In this document: in pieces, positions 13,520-22,922 of the stretch | Numbering within the stretch: the first letter of the stretch is position 1 | How the letters are laid out: each line of letters begins with the position of its first letter | From: Lama glama | Taxonomy: Eukaryota | Reading direction: 5' to 3' | Length of the DNA: 64,000 nt | Assembly (NCBI GenBank): GCA_028534125.1 | Contig: CM052817.1 | Location: 11,162,001 to 11,226,000, forward strand | The notes under the pieces: generated by a model | The model's input: the letters and a program-made list of their open reading frames with translations, nothing else | Database searches by the model: none | What the model was told of the DNA's origin: nothing | Translations under genes and position numbers: made by a program

Positions 13520-14620
13520 CCAGGAAGTCTTAAGTGACTGTTACTCATCAATGTTGATACAATTAGTTTCTTCTTGCCTCTCCCAGATCACTCCCTACTT
13601 TGCCTCTTTTTAGAGTTTGTGCATCTCCTGACAGAGGGTGTCTTCCACAGGCTCTGACCTTTCCCTTTGTTTGTCTTGCTTCGTGATGACTCCTTTTAGG
13701 GAAACCACCAGACTCCTGCTGTTCAACTCATCCTGTGAGAGTCTGCATCATCATTCCAAGCTCCCGTTGGACTTTATTCCATGCACTTTCCCCATCAACG
13801 TCCCAATGTTGTTATGTTACATCAGAGTTGGCAAATTCCCCATCACCTTCACAGCGTCTTTCTTCCTAAGCAAGAGGGAAGTGTTAGGGACCTAAATAGG
13901 GTAGTGATACATTCTGCCTCATTCATAAGCTGTATCAAGCTGATTCTGCAGTTCATTTCCCAAATAGAGTCACCTGGTAAGTTCCATAAAAAACTCGTGG
14001 CTCCGGCCAGCTTACCTGTTGTTAAAAGATAATTTTCCCAAGAAGTTAAAATCATGACTCATACAGATATAGAAATGAATAATGTCAAAGATTTTCTTTA
14101 GCTCATGGAGGAAAGAGAATTCTGAGAACTGATAACATTTAGAGATGAGGGATATTGAAATGAGTGTACCGCTGGAGACAAGACTAGGTTTTCTTCAGGA
14201 GAGGGAAGGTTGTCAGTTGAGCTTCTACCGGACAGGACATAATCTGCAGATAAGACTTATGTTGCAATGCACAACAATTTACAGAGTTGTGAAAGAACTT
14301 TGTAGAATCTCACTCAGACAACCCACAGGAGTCTTTCTGGATCGTGCATGGTTTTCCACCACAGCACAACTTCCCCTATACTGCTTGGTCTTTCTCCATC
14401 CTTGACTCTAACCTCTAACAGTTGTACTAAAATAATAGCTTTTACCTCCCCAACTTCTATAAAGAACATGATTGAGTCCGTGTTGACTCCCACGTCAATA
14501 ATAAACTCTTTTAGCCTTTCAAGATCCTCTTTAATCCAGCATTACCCTCTTTTATAACCTTTTATTCCAGGCAAGCCTGAGCCCTACACCCCAAGGCAAG
14601 CCAACACCTTCTCACACACT
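13520..14620 (-). pseudogene. Candidate endogenous bornavirus-like L (EBLL) relic, N-terminal part of L, heavily decayed
   Basis: Ordered motifs SFLHELKKIFDII..HD, ELQNQLDT, LLL...K...P, LKGVITKQDK, KL*KEAK*GVIW resemble the recalled BoDV-1 L motifs SFLDHIINLIDII..HD, ELCPQLDS, LLL...K...P, IKGYVSKNAK, KSIKNARELGRW; many stops; not verified by any search. Confidence 0.4.
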
Positions 14621-15289
14621 CCTCCATACCCCGATGTCCTCCTCAGTCACCTATCTCCTTCTCATTCTACTGGCTTATTTCAAACTTTTTCTATTTTTGC
14701 ACTTTTTTGAGTTTACTGAGTTTATAATGCAACTCCTCTTTAATTATCCGAAGGAGGTGGAAGCCAAAGAGGACCACCATCCCCAACTTGTGCAGCCTTC
14801 AAGAACGGACAGTCAAATCTCTACTATGTGCCGCCCTCGTACAGGGATACAGATATTCTCTCCTTCCGGAGAATGAGACCAGGATATTGCGGACTTCAGT
14901 TGGTGGACACCGCCGACTTCGTGGCCCAACTTAAAATCAAAGATCCAGCTAAAGTTAGGATCAGACACTAATGTAACATTAAGATTCACTTTCGTATTCC
15001 TTTTTGTGCTTCATCATGTTCTCCGAGTTCCATTCAATTGTCTATTTTTAACAGTAAAAAATGTAGAACCCCTTTTAAAACGTATATATTAGAACATTAA
15101 GAGCTATTAGCAAAGCTCCTCTATTCAAAGACAGCATTTGGGCTGACTGCCTTATAATGCTGAACCCTTAGACCAGATGGAAATTCAAAAAAAAAAAAAG
15201 TTCAAAAAAGGGACAGTAATAGAAATAACTCAGCAGGAGGTCTTCACTACTCAGACCTTGGCTGTAAAGCTGGGTGTTCGCCAGTTCTC

Positions 15290-16050
15290 TCCGATGCCCC
15301 GCCTCCATCCCCGCCCCTCGTGGTACCCTCCTCCGGGAGCCTCCTCCTCTCTGGCCTCACGGACACGCGCACGCGCACGCCCGCACGCCCCGAGCACCCG
15401 CCACAGCCTCGCGTCCCGTCCAGCACCGCCCAGTCCGCCGGCCCCGCCCCCTGGACCCCGCCCCGCCCCCAGGCGCACGCACGCCGGTCCTCGCCGAGCC
15501 GACAGCCTGGCCCCTGGCGCACGCCTGGCACGCCCCCTGGCACCTGCCCCGCCTCCTAGGCGCGCGCCCGCAGCGCCCCGGAGCCGGGCTCCCAGGCGCG
15601 CCCCCGCCCTCCATGCGCCACGTGCTCTGTGGAGGGCGGTGCGGGGGGCCGAGCCGAAAAGATGTTCTTGCTGCCTCTTCCGGCTGCCGCGCGAGTCGCC
15701 GTCCGACATCTGAGCGTGAGGCGCTTCTGGGGACCCGGTCCCGCCGCCGCAGACATGACGAAGGTGAGGGGCCGCGGCTCGCTCCGGGACCGCCGCGAGA
15801 GTCCTGCCCGCGGGCGGCTGGGGCTTCCGGGCGGGTCAAGGCCGCGGTGACCCGGGCTTCTGAGCCAAGTTGCCAACATCGGCTAAAAGGAAAAGTTCCC
15901 CGCCTTTGCGGATCTCGGCTTTGGCAGGGGCAGACGGCGCGGGGCTGCCGATGCCCCCTGCATTCTCCCGCGGGCTCTGTGCCGAGGGTGCGCTGTCCCT
16001 TCTCTCGCTTGGAAGTCCTAGGATCCGAACTCTGCGGCCGACGATGATAG
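15290..16050. promoter_or_regulatory. LAP3 CpG-island promoter
   Basis: Very high GC and CpG density, several GC boxes (ccccgcccc), spans exon 1. Confidence 0.9.
15662..15763 (+). CDS. LAP3: LAP3 (cytosol leucine aminopeptidase, M17) coding exon 1
   Basis: ATG at 15662 encodes MFLLPLPAAARVAVRHLSVRRFWGPGPAAADMTK, then donor gtgagg; 102 nt; matches the known LAP3 N-terminus; lies in a CpG island. Confidence 0.97.
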
Positions 16051-17274
16051 CCTTAGCTATCGCTTTCTGAGCTCCCACTCTGTGACGTGCCTTTATCTCG
16101 TTATTTTGTGAAGTCCTGGCAGTCCCCTAGGGCAGGACGGTGCCAGGATTGCCCCCACTTTAGCCCGGAGGATGCCCAGGCTTGGTGCGGTGAACTGTCC
16201 TCTAGGATCCCAGAGCTGGCCAGTCACTGGCCCCGAGCTCCGCACTAAGACTTCCTTCCCCCGCTGACGATGGAGGCCAGGAAAACAGAGGTCTTCCGGG
16301 AGTAAACTGCCTGGAAGGGTTTCTAGAGAAGAATAACATCTCTCTAGGGCAAAGGGCTTTGCAGAGAGACCAGCTCTTTGTGAAATTAAAAGGAGAGTGG
16401 CCTGCAGGAGACCCGCCTCTCCACCTACTTGAGCTCTGAAACGCTGTGAAGAGGGTTACTTTTCGGCTCTGGGGGATCTGGAAAAGGGAAATGGCTCAGT
16501 GGGAGGAGCACACACGTGGGAGTCACGCTTGAGGACCTGAAGGGCTGTCCCTGGGGAGGAACGTTCTAGATAGGGCTTGAGCTCAGGCCTCCCCCTGAAT
16601 CACAGGTGGCCACAGGATGAGCGGCCTGTCCCCTGCTCTTTCCAGTACCGTGGAAATAATCCTACTCAGGTTACATCTTGGCCTGTCAGTTCCCTACTTG
16701 GTTGCATGATGGAGTCCCAGGCAGCGGGCAGTATTAGGAAAGTTAGAACCTAGAAAGGTTACCAACGCAGAGAAAGCCTTTTTTTTTTTTTTCATGGAAA
16801 AGACAGGACACTATTTGATCTAAGTCCCAGTATGATTTTTAGTGTAGAAAGGACAGAGGACTGTGAGGGAAGGCAGCCAAACGGAGACGGACTCTTGCTC
16901 AGTTCTGTTCACACGGGCTAGTATGTCAGACCAGGTTTCTGCTTCCTTATCCGTCAGGTGGGAAGAAGACTCCATGTTCTTTTCACCTCACAGACTTGCC
17001 GTAAATCAGAAAGCATTTTTAAAGTCAGAAGTTGCTGTGCAAAGGCAAATGGTGATTCCTAGGTTTACTTCTTTATTTCAGGTGCTGGGGGCTGGTGCTT
17101 AAGTAGATGAAAGATGCACCACCAAGTGCTGGACAGAAAGCTCTGCTCCTGCGCCTCCGGGGGAGGTGCATTCTTTTCCTGCCTCCCAGCCTGTGAGTTG
17201 GCCAGGGTGCAGATGCAGCCACTGGCATCGATCCGAATGGCATCCTAGAATATTGCAGATTTGCATTTGAAGGT

Positions 17275-17820
17275 TGTAGGGGAGGGAAAACTTAACCTCT
17301 ACTTTCCTAGGTTCCATGCCTGCACTTAAGAATGAAATGGACATGAAGCAGATTAACAGGAGAAAGGCATACAAGTTTTATTTCATATTTTTATGCATAC
17401 ATGGGAATCTTCAAAAGAATAATGAAGACTCAAAGAAGTCTTTAGGCCCCAAAGCTTATATACCCTTTTAAACAGAGGATGAGAAATTGTGGGGATGCGG
17501 GAAAGCAAAGGAAGCTGGGTTAGAGGCAGTACCTTGTGAGAGACTAGGAAATGTATGGGGGAGGATAAGGGTTATTTTAGTAGGTTTGTTTGCACAGGTC
17601 CATTTTGGTGTTGACTCCCAGTCTCTGGTGATAAGAATGTTCTCTGCCTGGTACAGAGAGAGAACCTTTCTCCTGGGAAATTTTATTACCAGATTTTGGG
17701 TAGAAAGGGGGAGGTCAGAGAGGCCTTCCTGCATCTGCTGTTTCTCAGCTGCCTGCAGCTCAAATTAATCAATATGCCCAAGTGGCATATTTTGGGGGTG
17801 GCATGTTTAGAGCCCCTTCC
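17275..17820 (-). mobile_element. ERV1/MER-type LTR in LAP3 intron 1
   Basis: ttaacaggagaaaggcatacaagttttattt and caagtggcatattttggg motifs typical of antisense MER4-group LTRs. Confidence 0.65.
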
Positions 17821-18170
17821 AGATCTGACTTGCTTACAAATGGAATTGTTTTCTTAAACAAAGCACCTTTCTGCTCTTTATTTGAAAGTGAAAAAAGCCT
17901 TCTATGTTCTGAAAGCTCTTTCTTGGGAGGGGCCATGAAGACCTAAGACAGGTAGTCACTGTGGTCTTGCACTGGCAGGAATTTGAAGCTTTCAGGCAGG
18001 AGGTGAGTGTAGCTGACTGCCCAGCACTTGCTTCTGTTTTGGCTTTGTTCTTCTGTCCTTGACGGCGACACGGTTTGGATGAAATTGTTAGCTCTTTTTG
18101 GAATTTGGGAGCCCTTGAGGTCCTCTAAGGGATCTACCCTAATTATCTTCACCTTTCCTCCTGTTCTCAG

Positions 18171-18286
18171 GGCCTTGTTTTAGGAATCTATAGCAAAGAA
18201 AAAGAAGAAGATGTGCCCCAGCTTACAAGTGCGGGGGAGAATTTTGATAAATTGGTATCTGGAAAGCTGAGAGAAGTTTTGAACAT
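18171..18286 (+). CDS. LAP3: LAP3 exon 2
   Basis: ttctcag| GLVLGIYSKEKEEDVPQLTSAGENFDKLVSGKLREVLN |gtaagt; 116 nt; in frame with exon 1. Confidence 0.97.
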
Positions 18287-19609
18287 GTAAGTATTCATCT
18301 ATGGTTTCCAGTTTTTTAAATGCCCCGAAAGTGAAAGAGAGTATCTCTTCTGTGCTTTATTGTTAGTAGATGGAAACTGGCCAGTGTCTTCTCAGTGGAA
18401 GTGAAAGAATGTGTCTGTGGAATGCACATTGGTACTTTGTCAGTATCCCATGGGTCTACAGTTCTGGGAAATTAGGACACTTCAACGAAACCACAAACTT
18501 ATTGTGACAGACTGACCCAGGAGGATCTGGAAAGTACCAGATTTCCTCAGCCCAGCCCCCTGGCTCCAGTTCATTTCTCCCCACCCTCTTTCTACCCACT
18601 TCCCCACCAGTCTCTCTATTTTCTATTTCCCTTCACTTGTAGAGAACAACAGGTCCTGGACTAGTTCAAGACAGCCTGAGGAGACTGTTCCTTTCAGTCA
18701 CAAACCTTGAGTTTCAAATCTAAAGGGACACGTGAATCGCCTAGGGGTGTGGTTAGATTGCACATTCTAGGTCAGTAAATCTGAGTGGGGCCGCAGATTC
18801 TAACCATTCCTGCATTAGCTGGGATCTGGGGAAGACAGGAAAACATTGGTGTTTCCATGTCCTTCTGAGCTGCAGGCCACATTTAACAGAAATAAAGGTA
18901 TCAACCTAGTCCACTGCAACTTTATACTGTTTGGATTATAGATAGCCTACAGCATCTGACAGGTGTCATCTGATAATTAGAGCAATTAATTATCTAATCA
19001 TTGGGTAGCAGAATTTGCATCCCCTATCAATTACCGGTGCTTCACCAGTAGGCTGCTCTCTGAAGTGCTTTGATTAATTCGTTAATTGAGAAGCTAACAT
19101 ATGCAGGTACAGAACAGCCTGGCCTTCCTGACTGACAGCTATCGGCTGCGGCACCAGCACCCCCTGGCTGTATGTTTGGCGCTGTCACCTGCTTTGTTTT
19201 GGAAATTGCCCAGTATCCCGTCTGTGGATGAGCGCCCACAAAACACCTCCAAGCCGAACACACTGCGGTCAGGTCAGCCTCTTAGGTTGGTGTCTTGCAT
19301 CTTTTATTAGATTCAAGATTGAAGTCAGCTTCCACCCAGTGCTCAGCTCTCCTCTGCAGCCACATGCTACCTGTCCACGGCACCACTTCCTACAGTCTTT
19401 TTCAAATAAGTTTGTATTAAATCTAATCTTGAAGTTTGCAGAATAGTTTTTGAGCTAGAACTAGAAGTGCTGCGTCTGAGAAATCTGGCCTCAGAGAATT
19501 CTGTGTTTTGATAAAAACATTAAGTGCAGCAAATTCATAGAATTAGTAGTGCTGTAATAAGGCTAACGTTATGTCTGTGTGCGTTCTCAAGGGAGCAGAG
19601 CAAACTGTA

Positions 19610-19734
19610 ATTTTTTTTAATTTTCTTTTCTTTTCTTTTCTTTCTTTATTTATTTTAATGGAAGCACAGAGGATTGAACCCAGGACTTCGTGCATGCTAA
19701 GCACATGCTCTGCCACGAAGCTATACCCTCCCCC
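19610..19734 (-). mobile_element. tRNA-derived SINE, camelid Vic-1-like
   Basis: Reverse complement GGGGAGGGTATAGCTTCGTGGCAGAGCATGTGCTTAGCATGCACGAAGTCCTGGGTTCAATCC (A and B boxes) plus A-rich tail; imperfect TSD caaac...aattttt. Confidence 0.8.
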
Positions 19735-19776
19735 TCAAACCAGAATTTTTAAAACAATTATTTCTTCTTGTTTCAG

Positions 19777-19831
19777 ATCTGGACCACCTCTGAAGGCAGG
19801 CAAAACCCGAACCTTTTATGGTCTGCATGAG
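19777..19831 (+). CDS. LAP3: LAP3 exon 3
   Basis: tttcag| (I)SGPPLKAGKTRTFYGLHE |gtatga; 55 nt. Confidence 0.96.
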
Positions 19832-20299
19832 GTATGAGATGAAGATAAGATTTATTTGGCAAACCCCTTAGAGAGCACCTACTATGTGCCGAGTATTGTG
19901 GCTGCAGAGTTGTGCAGAAAATTTTGCCTCAGGTAGTACGTACAGTTTTACCCTGGTGTTAAGCCACAGGTATTATTTCAGATTGTAAAGAGGCAAATTG
20001 CTGTCAAAAAGTATTGCCTCTCGATTCCTCAATCTGCAGGCTGCTTTGGTTCAGCTGCCATTGTTGTGGTACTAACATCATAGAGTTACTTACAGGATTA
20101 CCTCACTCAACCTTTCAAACACACAGTTATAAGATTTTACCAAGATAATAGGGCTTAAAAAAACAAAACCAAATTTTGCAGCGAGTTTTGCCCCATGTGG
20201 AGTTAAAAGTGGTTGTGTGCGAGCTCATGTCATGTTTCCTGCTGGAAATGGGTGCTTTCAAGACAGAAAGCGGCTGACTGTGTGTGTTTTTGGGAATAG

Positions 20300-20405
20300 G
20301 ACTTCCCCAGCGTGGTGGTGGTTGGTCTTGGCAAAAAGGCCGCCGGAGTTGACGACCAGGAAAACTGGCACGAAGGCAAAGAAAACATCAGAGCTGCTGT
20401 CGCAG
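20300..20405 (+). CDS. LAP3: LAP3 exon 4
   Basis: aatag| DFPSVVVVGLGKKAAGVDDQENWHEGKENIRAAVA |gttcgt; 106 nt. Confidence 0.96.
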
Positions 20406-21430
20406 GTTCGTTAACTTTTGGACTTTCATCCTGATGAAAGATTCCTGAGGATCGCTCTGTAAGATTATCTGCCTCCCCTCTTTCTGACCTCTCACCATCC
20501 CCGCCCCTCCTATACTGACACAAACAACTCTCTTTACAAAGCTCCCCTTACTAAACGTGCTTGGCCTTATTTTAGATACAGAAGGTTAGCTTATGGAGTT
20601 TTATTTTTCTATTTCTTTAACTTGTGTCTGGGGCTTTCACGACCATTTGTTCACTCGGTGTTGGCCTTAGAGCTCTACTGTGCCAAAAAGGCCTTCTTGT
20701 GATGCAGCCCTGGCGTGGCCCGACTTTAAATCACATGGAGGCATCACATTTATAAATCAGAGAAAATGGACGCAAAGGGCAGGGCACTTGTTTATCGCTG
20801 GTTACCGGACGTGTGTGCCTGTCTGCGTTTGTCACGTGGATGGTGTCAAAGCTGCCCTTGGGTCCTTTCAGAGCTGAGCGCAGGACAGGGCCTTCACCGT
20901 CGAAACTATGACTAAAGACACTTTGAAAACCATTGCTGAGGCAGTGATAATTAGCTTGGTCGATCTTTGGTCCTGTGTATTCATATGTGCTTGTTAAATT
21001 TACTGTCATGTTCATGCTGGCTGATCATTTCGTGACTTTTAGTTGGGAGATTCTGCTGACTTGAGCTTAATAGAATGGACGTGGCTCAGTTCCTTGGATA
21101 TAATTTTAGTGTTGTCACTTCTCTGACATTTTTTTCAACCTGGGAAGCTCCTGGGGGCTGGGCCGCGTCATCAGGAGATCCTGCTGTTTCAGAAGTGGTT
21201 CTAGCAATAGCAGCCTCTCCGAGGAGCTGGAGCAGTCATCTGATCTGTCAGTCTGTCCTGCCTCTCACTTGTGGGTGTGTGCCCATCCTCACTGGACAGC
21301 AGGGGAGAGGGAGGCTCAGGGCGCAAGGTCAAGTGTCTGCTGGGATTTGACCCCCCACCCCACGCCCCTGCCTTCTGCTCTCCAAGGTGTCTCTGTCTGA
21401 CTGTTTTCCGGTCCCTCTGTCCCTGGGCAG

Positions 21431-21590
21431 CGGGGTGCAGACAGGTTCAGGAGCTGGAGATCCCCTCCGTGGAGGTGGACCCCTGCGGAGATGCGCAGGC
21501 CGCGGCCGAGGGGGCGCTGCTCGGGCTGTATGAGTGCGACAACCTGAAGCAAAAAAAGAAGACGGTCGTGTCACCGAAGCTCCATGGAAG
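21431..21590 (+). CDS. LAP3: LAP3 exon 5
   Basis: gggcag| (A)GCRQVQELEIPSVEVDPCGDAQAAAEGALLGLYECDNLKQKKKTVVSPKLHG |gtgagg; 160 nt. Confidence 0.96.
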
Positions 21591-22757
21591 GTGAGGGGAC
21601 AGACCAGGGACGCATGCATTCCCCGTGCTCTGGCAGCGGGGCCTTTTGGACACTAGCTGCCTCTTTTCCATGTCTGGCACTGCCATGTGGCTTGTCTATG
21701 GCTTCCTCATCACTGTAGCCGTTTCAGGAGGTTGATGACTGTCCCCATGTTCTGCCCCTGGCTTCGTCCTGTGCATGTCTCCCCTGTGACTCTCCAGACC
21801 CCCCCTGCTGCCTGGCTCCTAGGGATTCAACCGCGGGAATAAGATGACAGATGGGTCCCAGCAGCTTCCGATGTGGATCATTTCCATCTAACCAGCACCT
21901 GCTCGCACTGTGCTGAGTGCCAGAGAACACGGATGAAGGGATACATCCTTGCCCTCATGGTCCAGTGGGGAGACTCATCTTTGAGCACCAGCTATACTCC
22001 AGCCCTGTTCTGGGTTCTGGGAGATGAGGTCCCTGCTGTTAGGAGGGGAGACCTTCAGGAGATGGTGCTGGGGGGACAGTGGGCGTCTTGGTACAGCCCG
22101 GTGGTTGGCAACTGTGATGAGAACGGGGGCTCGGTGACCCGTCAGCCTGGCTCTGACTCTGGCTCCCACTTCCTGGCCGGGCGACCTCAGCGACGTGACT
22201 GCAGTCTCTCTGCGCCTCATTTCTCTCGTTAGTTGAGTAGAGTTGTAATTCCGATTTCGTGGGGCTTTTATGATTGAAAGACAAAACCTGTCAAGAGAAT
22301 CCTGTAAATGATGCATGTTGTTTTCCCTTCCCGTGCCCCATGGTGCGGGAGGGCGGATGGAGGAGGGCCTCCGGCTCCCCGCCAGGACTGAGCAGGGCGT
22401 GCTGGCTCTGTAGTCACCCCTGGGGCCGCAGCACTGCTGACGCAGCGAAGGAGGGTGAAGTGGGCCTTTTTGTGGAGACCTCTGCCCTCAGTTTGGGTGG
22501 TGGACTTGGAGGCCCATCGGTCCAACCCCCTCTTTATACAGGGAGGATGCTGGGGCTCCCCTGGCTCCCCTAGGCCCTAGTGGGGGCCGTGTTTTCTAGC
22601 TCTTTATAAACTCTGGCAGCTGCTGCCCCGGGTCGGATCACAAAGGATGAATCCGGGTCTCGTGTGTCCATCATTTTCAGTATGAGCCCCTGAGCTGTGC
22701 CGCGCTCAGTGTTCCAGGGAGGCTGTCTGACCATGACTTTGTGCTTTCTCCTGTCAG

Positions 22758-22922
22758 TGGGGATCAGGAGGCCTGGCAGAGGGGGCTCCTCTTTGCTTCT
22801 GGGCAGAACTTGGCCCGCTACCTGATGGAGATGCCTGCTAATGAAATCACGCCAACCAACTTTGCTGAACTGATTGAGATGAATCTCAAAAGTGCTAGCA
22901 GTAAAACAGACGTCCACATCAG
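22758..22922 (+). CDS. LAP3: LAP3 exon 6
   Basis: ctgtcag| (S)GDQEAWQRGLLFASGQNLARYLMEMPANEITPTNFAELIEMNLKSASSKTDVHI |gtaact; 165 nt. Confidence 0.96.

Noticed and set aside
13880..14100. piggyBac transposase C-terminus resemblance (SHEFFMELTR..HYP..VP)
   Set aside because: No Cys-rich domain, DDD motifs or TTAA/TIR seen; kept only as an alternative to the EBLL reading
13781..14130. Plus-strand ESPGKFHKKLVA..DFL resembling bornavirus N (ESPGKEFMDQIKLVA..DFL)
   Set aside because: This frame is the codon-aligned antisense of the L-like frame, has an antisense-type composition, and shows no other N motifs; probably chance, though the same search should test it
14360..14540. Bornavirus M-like FIIDV motif
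   Set aside because: Short match; the same residues fit the L N-terminal ordering at least as well
15177..16078. Long overlapping Pro/Arg/Ala-rich ORFs (up to 257 aa)
   Set aside because: Stop-poor CpG island; only 15662-15763 has splice-supported coding
19655..19734. tRNA gene
   Set aside because: Degenerate cloverleaf with A-rich tail and TSD; it is a SINE
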